Shown here: positions 10,901 through 19,089 of the stretch, one piece after another | How positions within the stretch are numbered: position 1 is the stretch's first letter | Layout of the letters: the number at the start of each line of letters is the position of its first letter | Source: a virus | DNA length: 64,000 nucleotides | Reading direction: 5' to 3' (one strand) | Virus record (IMG/VR): IMGVR_UViG_3300034760_000025 | Span: 9,300 to 73,299 of that record | Program-made: the position numbers and the translations under genes | The notes under the pieces: model-generated | The model's database searches: none | What the model was told of the DNA's origin: nothing | The model's input: only the letters and a program-made list of their open reading frames with translations

Positions 10901-13900
10901 GCGGCGCCGTCATGGTTCACGACCAGCCCGGCCCCGACGCCCAGGACGACCCGCTGCCTCACCTGCTGTTCACCCGCAGCGGCGGACCGACCGGCACCGC
11001 ACTACGGTTCCGCGACCCCGCCCGGGCCGATGCGTACCGCACCCACATGGCCGCCGAAGAGGCCGAAGCCCGGGCGGAGCTGGCCCGGCTCGACGCCGCT
11101 GACGAAGCCGCCCGGGTTACCCGGATCGCCGAAGTGCAGGCCCTGCAGGCCGCTCACACCCCGGCCGCGGTCGCCGCGGCCGCCGCGCATGACCCGGCGG
11201 AGTTCGACACCCTCGACCCGGCCGCGCCGATCGCCGTGGGCGACCTGGTGATGCTGCGCGCGTACAGCAAGGTCCGCACCGGTGTCGCCACCGAGGTCAC
11301 CGGCGGGCGGGTGCAGGCCATCGTCGCGAAACCCGGCGACGAGTACGCCGGGCTGTTCGCCGGTGCCGCCGGCGTCGACGTCCGGAAGATTGCCGACAGC
11401 GGCGAGATCACCAACCCCGCCGGCGACACCATCGGCTACGTCCAACGCCGCCGTAACGGCACGTGGGACGCCAACCAGGCCGGTCACACCGGCCGCCGCG
11501 TCAACCGGCCTACCCGCGCCGAAGCCGAGGCTGAGCTCCGCGCGCAGATGGCCGACGAAGACGCCCGGTACGCGGCGATGCGCGCCCGCAACGACCCGAC
11601 CGCAGGCACCAGCACGCCCGCGCCGGTGCCTGCGGTCGACGTCGACGACGTCCGCGTCGGTGACATGGTGCGGCTCGACGACGCCCCCGGCTGGGTAATC
11701 GTCACCCGCAAGACGCCGGCCGCCGGCACCCTACCGACGATGGTCCAAGTCCGACACGGCGACGACGACCACGAGTGGGTTGAGGACCCGGCCCGGGTCG
11801 TTGGCCACGAACGCCGCCCCGCCCAGGACGGCCCCGACCCGGCGGCTGGCACCCGTGCGCCCGCGGCCCCGCCCGCGCCGGCTGCCCCGGCGGTCGACCC
11901 GGCCCGGATCAACGTCGACGACCGGGTGCGGGTCGCCGGGCAGTGGGCCACCGTCACCGCGAAGGTCGGCGACCAGCTCCGGGTGCGGTTTCCCGGCGCC
12001 CGGCTCGCCCTGGTCGCCCCGGGCGACGTCCGCCAGCACGAGGCCCGCGCCGTCGAGCTGGACATGTTCGGCGGGTCCCGCACGTTCGCCGGCGACGACC
12101 GGGCCGCGATCGGCGTGGCCGCGCGCGGCACCGTGGGCCGTGACACCGGCGCCCTGGTGCAGCAGCTCGGGATGTTCGACGTGTCCGACCAGAAGCAGAT
12201 GGCCGGGCAGACCGCGCTACTCGACGCCCTGATGGAGATGCCGACCGCCCCGCCGCCCGTGTCGGTGCCGATCGCCGCGCCGGACGCCCCCGACGAGCCG
12301 ACCCGGGTGCCCGACGACCTCACCGGCTGGTCCGACGAGCAACTCTCCGGGCTGTTCTCGGAGCTGTCCGACGCCCCAGACGACCAGCTCGACGAGGCCG
12401 GGATGTCCCGGATCGTCGCCGAGTGGGAACGCCGCGAAGCGGAGATGACCGCGATCGTCAACGCGGTCCCCGACGACCTGGGAACCCTCGACGACGACCA
12501 GGTCGCGCGGGCGTACGCCGACGTCACCGCGACCGTCGGATCCCTACACCCCGACGTGGTCGCCCGCCTCGAGGCCGAGCTGGACCGGCGCGACGCGGCC
12601 CGGGTCGCCGCCGTGCACGACCTGCAGATCAAGCGGGACCTGCTGGCGACCAGCCCGACGTCGATGACCGACCAGGAGGTCGAGCAGGCCGCGCAGTGGG
12701 CCGCCGACCTGGGCGACGAGCAGGCCCTGGAACGGGTGTACGAGGAGTGGGGGCGGCGGGAAGACGCCGAACGGGCCCGCCTCGAACAGGCCGAAGCCGA
12801 ACGGGTCCACTCCGAAGAGGCCAGCGCGGTCGCCGCGACGGCCCTGATTCAGCGGGTCGCGGCGGAGCGGGCCGCGGAGAACGCGGCCGCGCAGGTCGCC
12901 GAGGCGGAACCCGGGTTCGACTTCCTGCAGCAGCTCATCAACCGGGTCGGGACCGGGCCCGACGTGGCGCGGGTCATCGGTGACGCCGACCGGGCCGACG
13001 ACGAGCGGATGGCCACGTTCCGGGAGCGGTCCGAGAAGGAAATGCCGGTCCTGGTGGACATGTTCCGCGACCAGTCCGACGCCGAACTGAATAGCACATT
13101 TGTTCGGAACTGGTTTTCGGGTGACCCGCGGACCAAAGAGCAGGCCCGGCTCGCGAAGACCGAACAGCAGCGCCGGGAAGCGGTCCGCCTCGCCGAGCAG
13201 GCCGACGCCGCCGCCCGCCGCGACCGACGCCGGCTGATCCACGCCGACGTGGCCGAACTGTCCGACACGGACCTGCAGAAGTTCCCCGCCCTGCTGGACG
13301 CCCTACCGGGAACAGCGGCCGACCGGCTACGCGAAGACCGGATCCCGCAGATCCGGGCGGAGGTAGCCGCCCGGCAGGCCCGGATGGACACCATGGCCGC
13401 CGAGCGGGCCGCCGGCCCCGCCGGCCCCGTGCGGCTGGAAAACCCGATGGAGGCGTACGGCACCACCGAACGGTGGATCGCCCAGGGCAGCAGCTCCCGG
13501 TATTACCGGGCGCAACTGCGGTGGGCGGAGGCGAAGGCCACCGTCTACGGCCTACCCGCCGGTGCGTCGGACAAGGACGTCAACGCCGCTGAGCGGACCG
13601 ACCCCCGGCCGATGCCGGACCGGGCCGCTCTGATCCTGGCGTGGTACCGGCACCTGGCCCAGTTCGACCAGGGAGCCGCCGGCGACCCCGACGAGTTCAT
13701 CCGCGGGTACGACGACACCCCGGACGTCGCGGACACGGTCACCCCGACCCGCCCGGCGAAGATCGTCAAGGCCGATGAGGTGTGGGCGGCCCTGCAACAG
13801 CAGGCCATCGCGGACCGTAACGCCGGCGACGAGTCCGGCGCCGACCGGTTCTACCGGGCGCTGGCCCGCACCTACCGCATCGCTTACGACGACAACCTCC

Positions 13901-14571
13901 GCGGTGTCGAACTACAGAAGTCGATCGCACCCCGCACCAGCGCCGCCCTGGGCGCGGACACCCGCACCCCCAAGGTGAGGGCGCTCAACTTCGTCGCCGA
14001 GTGGCGCCGCCTCGCCGCCGAGGACGGCGTCGACCTGACCGACACCGCCCGGTTCGGGCCACCCGACAAGGGCCACCCGAAAGCCACCGGCGGGCGGGCG
14101 CACTGGGCCGCCGCCGACCCCGACCAGGAGAAGACCATCGACGCCCTCGTCGCCCGGGGCCGCGACTGGATCGACGCGTACGCCGAAGTCATGGGCTACG
14201 ACGTCGACACGCTGCGCCGGGAGGAGGCCGCATCGGCCGCCCGGGCGAACAGCACCACCCGCCGCGGTGCGTCGGAAGCCGCGATACGGCAGCACTACGA
14301 CGAGCTGGTCCTCGCCCAGTGGCAGGAAGCCGAGACCGCGACACGCGGGAACCTGCTCACCAAGCAGGCCCAGGCCCGCGGTGTCGACGCCCGCAGACTG
14401 TTCTCCGGGCCGGCGGCAACAGCCCTCGCGAACGCCAGCGAGGAACTGAAACGGTGGTGGGGCGAAAACCCCCGGCTGACGTACGCGCAGTACAAAGCCC
14501 AGCTCACCGGCGGGGCGAAACAGGCCCGGGACAAAGCCCTGGCCGGTAGTAAGGGGAACGAGTTCGCATGA
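7966..14571 (+). CDS. Giant (~2,200 aa) multidomain virion-type protein with an N-terminal VIP2/Alt-like ADP-ribosyltransferase domain
   Basis: GTG 7966; WNPAHHPRDARGRF leader; Y..INGDLR, LERR, YAST, PAG, DGEVLL at about 8190-8590; C-terminal ASEELKRWW domain. Confidence 0.8.
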   Translation: MARTTKWNPAHHPRDARGRFTKSATRVLKAVDAKRARAAVQGFKPVDLGAGAGAGREWLDKQTPAKATAGDAVARYFAGEWKTINGDLRTKKDAAQTPDVVAIDKAMTGLTDDVMLERRIPLRMFAHIPMDQLKGMKVRDAAYASTMLQGAAGDAPDGMVTLHIAAPAGTRAIVNPGDGEVLLDRDTEVAISRVEPDGRGGYDLYGVAISKAGAVRAGRPAGDPADQEGAEDPDATADPAPAPAPAADADDTDPAIAGTPPRKAAPKKAAPAARPADEPAQDGPDPAAGTRAPSAPRKAAQDGQDARQAGEDDDLIGAAAAAAALEDAGEPVPIEAAVADLQPGAYARVTGTDQYGAPASATGYVGAATPVTVRKNRRSKAKGTDKLAVYMTETPNGANGWRYQILTDPDATAEIVPDPASVPPTPADRTPPATVADLQRGDYVSVRDVDGVERTGWITTPGDVRDGKVAFAVTAYPGGKGFRAMVYARPDDPVTPRTVDPNMNVVLWRDVKTKRPAPRADQPEIVRGQVERDPQAEAEVRTALAALAADQGPPTPLDADEQRAAVAGRTFARTEGMTVADDETRFRMRKARVGARIVDVHNAQGVKIGTATQGRDGWSLVDGDGNAQGDAPAFANAVAVLDDVAASPDTPDDRGGEVSPLGEDLDAPPPAADPFSAAATSPSRNDWFGHGSPDEVLWFGNGSAPGPAGTRATVRRNGGRGKNAGLVVRSTGPDGEILARIAMDDQVWLADVPGASPAPGRRADGTFEPDGTPADQGAQDGPTPAPKQLDAMMTALVFGDARLAPGRQMRAQMLRMGWADATGKLTPDGHAAARRTDPARYRDRTAGGDDRGLLDTPVRPAAPTAGTRPPAAGAAVAGDDQDGMTVVRTKSGWAVSGRQPYYLHDAKSKKAAQQWIDDAMATRRKLADAKQASAAAEQAHLDRHGLDRVDAGDLKPADVYVYRLGGHTRTVTQVDTLDSGAVMVHDQPGPDAQDDPLPHLLFTRSGGPTGTALRFRDPARADAYRTHMAAEEAEARAELARLDAADEAARVTRIAEVQALQAAHTPAAVAAAAAHDPAEFDTLDPAAPIAVGDLVMLRAYSKVRTGVATEVTGGRVQAIVAKPGDEYAGLFAGAAGVDVRKIADSGEITNPAGDTIGYVQRRRNGTWDANQAGHTGRRVNRPTRAEAEAELRAQMADEDARYAAMRARNDPTAGTSTPAPVPAVDVDDVRVGDMVRLDDAPGWVIVTRKTPAAGTLPTMVQVRHGDDDHEWVEDPARVVGHERRPAQDGPDPAAGTRAPAAPPAPAAPAVDPARINVDDRVRVAGQWATVTAKVGDQLRVRFPGARLALVAPGDVRQHEARAVELDMFGGSRTFAGDDRAAIGVAARGTVGRDTGALVQQLGMFDVSDQKQMAGQTALLDALMEMPTAPPPVSVPIAAPDAPDEPTRVPDDLTGWSDEQLSGLFSELSDAPDDQLDEAGMSRIVAEWERREAEMTAIVNAVPDDLGTLDDDQVARAYADVTATVGSLHPDVVARLEAELDRRDAARVAAVHDLQIKRDLLATSPTSMTDQEVEQAAQWAADLGDEQALERVYEEWGRREDAERARLEQAEAERVHSEEASAVAATALIQRVAAERAAENAAAQVAEAEPGFDFLQQLINRVGTGPDVARVIGDADRADDERMATFRERSEKEMPVLVDMFRDQSDAELNSTFVRNWFSGDPRTKEQARLAKTEQQRREAVRLAEQADAAARRDRRRLIHADVAELSDTDLQKFPALLDALPGTAADRLREDRIPQIRAEVAARQARMDTMAAERAAGPAGPVRLENPMEAYGTTERWIAQGSSSRYYRAQLRWAEAKATVYGLPAGASDKDVNAAERTDPRPMPDRAALILAWYRHLAQFDQGAAGDPDEFIRGYDDTPDVADTVTPTRPAKIVKADEVWAALQQQAIADRNAGDESGADRFYRALARTYRIAYDDNLRGVELQKSIAPRTSAALGADTRTPKVRALNFVAEWRRLAAEDGVDLTDTARFGPPDKGHPKATGGRAHWAAADPDQEKTIDALVARGRDWIDAYAEVMGYDVDTLRREEAASAARANSTTRRGASEAAIRQHYDELVLAQWQEAETATRGNLLTKQAQARGVDARRLFSGPAATALANASEELKRWWGENPRLTYAQYKAQLTGGAKQARDKALAGSKGNEFA
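8800..8840 (+). repeat. 41-bp exact direct repeat, copy 1 (AQDGPDPAAGTRA)
   Basis: Identical to 11818-11858. Confidence 0.9.
11818..11858 (+). repeat. 41-bp exact direct repeat, copy 2
   Basis: Identical to 8800-8840. Confidence 0.9.
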
Positions 14572-14855
14572 CGACAGTCGACCAGGCCACGGCGGCCGCG
14601 CGGCGCCTCGCGCGGTCCGCCGCCGCCGCGAACACCGGTACCGGGTCCTGCCCGTACCCGGCCGACGGGGCACCCGTGCAGTCCGCGGCCCGCCGGGCGT
14701 GGCTACGGACGTACCTCCACATCCGCCCACCGAAGCCGGGCGACGTGTCCTACGACGACGACCTCGCGGCCCTCGCCGCCGGCGACGACAGCACCGACGA
14801 CCCCACCACCACCGTCGCCGACCAGGGCGCCCTCACGACAACCCAGCAGCAGTGA
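14568..14855 (+). CDS. Rmf/CrpP-fold-like small protein
   Basis: ATGA-coupled to the giant gene; SCPY...ARRAWLRTY resembles the Rmf CPY...R..WL.GW signature. Confidence 0.55.
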   Translation: MTTVDQATAAARRLARSAAAANTGTGSCPYPADGAPVQSAARRAWLRTYLHIRPPKPGDVSYDDDLAALAAGDDSTDDPTTTVADQGALTTTQQQ

Positions 14856-14893
14856 CAGCGGCCCCGGCCGCCCCCACGGAAGGCGGCCCGACG

Positions 14894-15241
14894 ATGCTCG
14901 GCACAGTGCAGGTATGGCGGCGCGGCGACGGCACCATCGAACTGGGTGAGGCCGCCCCGATGATCGGCGTGTCTCTGGGGCTGCTCAACGATCGGGCCGC
15001 CCACGAATTCCTGACCGTCCGGGAAGGGCTGGTGACCTTCGCCGGCACTGGCCCCGACCAGGAACCCCGCGAAGTCCGGTACCGGGCGGTCGGCTTCCAA
15101 GCCGCGGGCATCGCCCCGGCCGTCGGCGACGCCGCAATGAAACTCCCCGAAGAGGAGCGGGACGCCCGCCTCGACGGGGAGCTGTTCGCCGCCCTCGCCG
15201 CCGCCGAAGGCGGGTACGTCCTCCTACAACGGGTCACCTGA
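14894..15241 (+). CDS. Hypothetical protein
   Basis: ATG 14894 after GAAGG; coding-like codon use. Confidence 0.65.
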   Translation: MLGTVQVWRRGDGTIELGEAAPMIGVSLGLLNDRAAHEFLTVREGLVTFAGTGPDQEPREVRYRAVGFQAAGIAPAVGDAAMKLPEEERDARLDGELFAALAAAEGGYVLLQRVT

Positions 15242-15283
15242 CCCAGGCAGGCAACCCCGCAGGCGACCGGAAGGGACCACGGC

Positions 15284-16372
15284 GTGATCACCTCCCGAAC
15301 CCTGTGGTTGCTGCGGGAACTACGCGCGGCCATCGGCAGCGAAACCGACCAGGTCGTCCGGCAGCTCGCCGGCGCATGGGTCACCGCGTGGGCCACCCTC
15401 GACACCGTGTGGCAGCACGCCGTCGCCGACATCCTCGACGACATGGCCAGCACCGGCCAGTGGCCGGCCCCGTACCGGCTGGCCCGGTTGCACCGGCTCG
15501 CCGCGGCGGCCACGCAGACCCGGGCCGCGCTCGACGCCCTCGCCGCCCAGACCGCGACCGCGGCGACAACCGGCGCCGGGAACATCGTCGCCGCGACCGC
15601 CGCCGCCGAACCGGCCATCATGGCCTCCCAACTCCCCGCCGCCGTCGCCGCAGCCGCTATCGAGGGGTACGCCGCGGCGGTCGCACCGTCCGCCCTCGAA
15701 GCGATCGTTCTACGCGCGCAGCAGCAGATCCACGCGGTGACGTGGCCGCTGTCCGCCGACGCGATCGAGTCGCTACGCCGGGCCCTGATCGCCGGCGTCG
15801 CCACCGGAATGCACCCCCGAGACACCGCCCGGGCCATGCTCCGCAACGTCCAAGGGGCATTCAACGGCGGACTCACCCGGGCCATCAACCTGGCCCGGAC
15901 CGAGATGCTCGACGCGTACCGCGACACCAGCGCCCAGGTCCACCAGGCCAACGCCGACGTCGTCGACTGCTGGGTGTGGATTTCAGATCTTGGCACTAGG
16001 TGTTGTGCATCATGTTGGTCGATGCATGGCACTGAACACCCCGTCGAAACCCCCGGCCCCCTAGATCACCAGTCGGGTCGATGCAGTCGCATGGCCAAGC
16101 TGAAAAGCTGGGCTGAGCTGGGCATCCCCGGGATGGAGTCCGACGAAGACCTCATCCCGAAGGCTGCCGACCGGTTCGCCGCCCTCAGCCCGGCGGACAA
16201 ACGGCGGGTCATGGGCCCACGCCGGCTGGCGCTGCTCACCAGCGGCCGCGTTGACCTGGCCGACCTCGCCATGCGCCGCACCACGATCGGATGGCGCCCG
16301 TCGTACGTCCCCCGACCCGTCGGGCAACTCGAACAGATCGCCGCCCGCCGCCGACGAGACACCACCACGTAA
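15284..16372 (+). CDS. MuF-like minor head protein
   Basis: RAINLARTEMLDAYR, WVW...RCCASCWSMHG...DHQSGRC, C-terminal GPRR motif. Confidence 0.88.
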   Translation: MITSRTLWLLRELRAAIGSETDQVVRQLAGAWVTAWATLDTVWQHAVADILDDMASTGQWPAPYRLARLHRLAAAATQTRAALDALAAQTATAATTGAGNIVAATAAAEPAIMASQLPAAVAAAAIEGYAAAVAPSALEAIVLRAQQQIHAVTWPLSADAIESLRRALIAGVATGMHPRDTARAMLRNVQGAFNGGLTRAINLARTEMLDAYRDTSAQVHQANADVVDCWVWISDLGTRCCASCWSMHGTEHPVETPGPLDHQSGRCSRMAKLKSWAELGIPGMESDEDLIPKAADRFAALSPADKRRVMGPRRLALLTSGRVDLADLAMRRTTIGWRPSYVPRPVGQLEQIAARRRRDTTT

Positions 16373-16376
16373 CTCA
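16362..16376 (+). repeat. CCACCACGTAACTCA at the MuF stop, repeated in the moron array
   Basis: Exact copy at 16779-16793; first 12 nt repeated at 17711-17722. Confidence 0.8.
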
Positions 16377-16390
16377 CAAAGGAGAACACC

Positions 16391-16654
16391 ATGCAGAAGC
16401 CCAGTCTCGCCCGGATGGTCCTGGCGGTCGGCGGTAAGGCCAAGGCCAACGGCAACGAGCTGGCCCCGGCTGTGATCACCCGTGTGTGGTCCGAGCGGGA
16501 GGACGGCAGCTGGCTGGTCAACGCCACGCTGCTCCCGGACGCCAGCGCCCCGGCCGTGATCACCTCGGTCTACCTGTTCGAGGACGAGCAGGCCGCCCGC
16601 GACTCGCTGCAACACGAGACCTCGACGGCGCTCTTCTGGCCGCCGCGCGTCTGA
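16391..16654 (+). CDS. Small hypothetical protein
   Basis: AAAGGAG RBS; PAVITRVW...VN...L...WPPRV. Confidence 0.8.
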   Translation: MQKPSLARMVLAVGGKAKANGNELAPAVITRVWSEREDGSWLVNATLLPDASAPAVITSVYLFEDEQAARDSLQHETSTALFWPPRV

Positions 16655-16750
16655 TGCGTGAAGGCCCGCCCTCGCCAGATGGAGCGGCTTACGCGCCGCA
16701 AGGACGCTGCGGCCATCCCGGCGAGGACGGGCCTACCGGCCAGAGTAACG

Positions 16751-16790
16751 GTGATTCGTCAGCGTAGGCGCGGCGCCGCCACCACGTAAC
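16751..16790 (+). repeat. 40-bp direct repeat, copy 1
   Basis: GTGATTCGTCAGCGTAGGCGCGGCGCCGCCACCACGTAAC; 37/40 identical to 17683-17722. Confidence 0.9.
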
Positions 16791-17039
16791 TCAGTAGCGG
16801 TCACCGATCGACTCCTGCGTCTCACGCTGAGGATCACGCGGTGCAGACCCCAGCCATGCGCCGTCCCAGTGCACGGGGAAGTAGACATACCGCTCGGTCC
16901 AAACCAGGACCGGCGGGGCGGTGTACGACGTCGCCTCTGCGTCAAGGACATCCGCGGATGGGGCTACGGCCACGATGGGGGACGTGTCGCCGTTCTGCTT
17001 GCGCCGGAATTCCAGGTCTTCGCGCCAGTAGCCAATCAT
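16791..17039 (-). CDS. Antisense small hypothetical protein
   Basis: ...VWTERYVYFPVHWDGAWLGSAPRDP looks protein-like; lies between the repeats. Confidence 0.6.
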   Translation of the reverse strand: MIGYWREDLEFRRKQNGDTSPIVAVAPSADVLDAEATSYTAPPVLVWTERYVYFPVHWDGAWLGSAPRDPQRETQESIGDRY

Positions 17040-17420
17040 GGCTTGATCGTCCCATACCGGGGGAAGACGAATACGTCAGAGTAAATGGCGGGGCCGGGCC
17101 GGGCGTGTGCGCCGGCGCTGTCCGGACACTGCATCAGCACTTCCGGCCCCGCGCTCCGTCAGCGTAACCGGCAGGAGGCGCGATGCCCGGTCTGGGAGTC
17201 ACCCCGCCGGCGCCGGTCGATGAGCATCCGGTGACGTGCCCGTGCACCTGGTGCTGGGAGCGCCGCACCGGCGCGACACCGTGGGCGTAGAGCGGACGCC
17301 CGGTTGGCCCGACTCGAACGGCGCTTTCGTCCAACGCCCCGGCCTGCCCCGGGGCCTTTCCCACTTCCCGGGCGCCCGCGCGGCCAGCCTATGCCGCGCC
17401 CCACCACGAAGGAGGTCGCC

Positions 17421-17699
17421 ATGGCCGACGAGACACAAACGTGCCCGCGGCGGCTGAGCGACGCGTCCAGATTCGCCGGGCCGCCCGAAGCCGTCGTCGA
17501 GCGGCCCGGGCGCTGGAGATACCGCGTGTACGTGCGGGATGGGTGGGTGCTGTGGGGGCCGAATGGGTACGGCTGGGCCGTCTTCGGCCGGCAGCGGGCC
17601 GCTCGCAAGGCTGGCCGGGTCATCGCCGGCTACGTACGGGACCGGGAGCGCCGTGCCGATGTCTTCGTGGTGCGCCGGCTGGGTGACACGTCAGCGTAG
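17421..17699 (+). CDS. Small hypothetical protein
   Basis: AAGGAGG RBS before ATG 17421; stop lies inside repeat copy 2. Confidence 0.65.
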   Translation: MADETQTCPRRLSDASRFAGPPEAVVERPGRWRYRVYVRDGWVLWGPNGYGWAVFGRQRAARKAGRVIAGYVRDRERRADVFVVRRLGDTSA

Positions 17700-17722
17700 G
17701 CGCGGCGCCACCACCACGTAAC
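17683..17722 (+). repeat. 40-bp direct repeat, copy 2
   Basis: Matches 16751-16790 with 3 mismatches. Confidence 0.9.
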
Positions 17723-17787
17723 CCTCACGGCTAATCCGTGGCTAGCCACGCCAGATTTAGCCACCGGCCTAAACGGAGGTCAGCATC

Positions 17788-18144
17788 GTGAGTACGGGGA
17801 TGCCGGCGGGGATCTGGCTGGGCAAGTTCGGCACGATCGTTCGCGACTACTTCGGCCACGTGCCGTATCACGTCGGCTCGTCGCTCAACTCGAAGCAGTG
17901 GCGCGACGTCGACGTCCGGCTCATCCTGCCCGACGACGAGTTCGCCGAGCGGTTCGGCGACAACCTCAGCGCCTGCACCAACCGGAAGCTCGCCGCGATC
18001 ACACTGGCGTTCGCTGCGTTGGGCAAGGAGATGACCGGCCTCCCGATTGACTTCCAGATCCAGCAGCAGACCCACGCCAACAAGGCGTACTCCGGCACGC
18101 GCAGCGCGCTATTCGAGCTGGACCCTCCGGATTCGTCAGCGTAA
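17788..18144 (+). CDS. Minimal Pol-beta-superfamily nucleotidyltransferase-like protein
   Basis: YHVGSS...WRDVDVRLIL (GS + DxD), third acidic residue in IDFQIQ; GGAGG RBS. Confidence 0.65.
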   Translation: MSTGMPAGIWLGKFGTIVRDYFGHVPYHVGSSLNSKQWRDVDVRLILPDDEFAERFGDNLSACTNRKLAAITLAFAALGKEMTGLPIDFQIQQQTHANKAYSGTRSALFELDPPDSSA

Positions 18145-18233
18145 TCGCCGACCCGCTCATGTCCGTGATCAGCAAGATGATGAACATGCTCACCGGAGGC
18201 ATGTCAGTGAACTGCCACCTGAGGGGGGACCGC

Positions 18234-18458
18234 ATGACCGCCGACCTGTCTCCCCGTGCCCGCCGCGAGCTTGACGCCCTGGCTCAGGTCCGCGGGCCTC
18301 AGCGGGCCGAAGCCGTCCTGATCGCCCACCAGCGACGTGACATCGGCAGCTGCCTGTGCGGCTGGGCCGAGCTGGGCAAGTCCCACGCCGGGCACCAGGT
18401 CGCCAAGCTTCGCGAGGCCGGGCTACTGGTCCAAGGCGAGTCGGACTCGACACCGTAA
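18234..18458 (+). CDS. Small His/Cys (Zn-binding-like) protein
   Basis: HQRR...CLCGW...HAGH; GAGGGGG RBS. Confidence 0.6.
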   Translation: MTADLSPRARRELDALAQVRGPQRAEAVLIAHQRRDIGSCLCGWAELGKSHAGHQVAKLREAGLLVQGESDSTP

Positions 18459-18461
18459 CCG

Positions 18462-18635
18462 TCAGCTGTCGGTCCTGACCTCGATCAGAAACATCCCGAA
18501 GTCGACGAACTGCTGGCCATCGCAGTGGTGTAGACGGGCCGGGCTGATGGCCGGCTCGCCGTCGCGGCCTTCGAACGGGAACTCCCCGTTGTGCCAGACG
18601 TACACCTCAAGGCAGTCCCCCGGCCGTGTTGCCAC
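18462..18635 (-). CDS. 57-aa antisense ORF not in the supplied ORF track
   Basis: Hand-translated VATRPGDCLEVYVWHNGEFPFEGRDGEPAISPARLHHCDGQQFVDFGMFLIEVRTDS*. Confidence 0.5.
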   Translation of the reverse strand: MATRPGDCLEVYVWHNGEFPFEGRDGEPAISPARLHHCDGQQFVDFGMFLIEVRTDS

Positions 18636-18657
18636 TCGCGCCGGTTGTACCAGTCGA

Positions 18658-18852
18658 TCACGGCCCGGCCGCTGAGTTGATCGCCGCGATCCGGCACGGC
18701 GGGCAGACGTCGCGCCCGGTGGTATGGCGCTGCACTTCCCACCCGACCGCCGCCGCGTCGACGCGTACCGCCTTCGCTGTCCCCGCCACCGGCGCCGGCG
18801 GGAACACCGCGCCGCATCCGCACACGATTTGCACGGTGAAGATCGCCGTCAT
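18658..18852 (-). CDS. Small Cys-rich protein (CxC...GW...DVCPPC), probably leaderless
   Basis: TACGGT -10-like box 6 nt before the ATG. Confidence 0.6.
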   Translation of the reverse strand: MTAIFTVQIVCGCGAVFPPAPVAGTAKAVRVDAAAVGWEVQRHTTGRDVCPPCRIAAINSAAGP

Positions 18853-18892
18853 GGCGTCACCGTACCCACCTGCCCAGAAAGGGGCCCCCGGG

Positions 18893-19066
18893 ATGGACGA
18901 CTTCGCAGACGCCGTCGTGCTCTACCAGGCGTACGGCGATTCCGCTGACTGGCGTAACTTCCGCGGCGACGCGATGCCGACGTGGCCGAACCTGCCCGAC
19001 ACCACCAAGGAACACTGGCGCGCCGCAGCGGAAGCGCTCCGCGGGCGCGTCGAGGCGCGGAACTAG
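18893..19066 (+). CDS. Small hypothetical protein
   Basis: LYQAY...NFRGDAMPTWPNLP...HW; GAAAGGGG upstream. Confidence 0.65.
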   Translation: MDDFADAVVLYQAYGDSADWRNFRGDAMPTWPNLPDTTKEHWRAAAEALRGRVEARN

Positions 19067-19089
19067 CCGGCCGGGCCCGGGGCGCCGTC

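Noticed and set aside
16362-17722. Integron attC interpretation of the CACGTAAC repeats
   Set aside because: ACGTAAC does not fit RYYYAAC, no paired GTTRRRY site or attC hairpin follows, and no integron integrase is present
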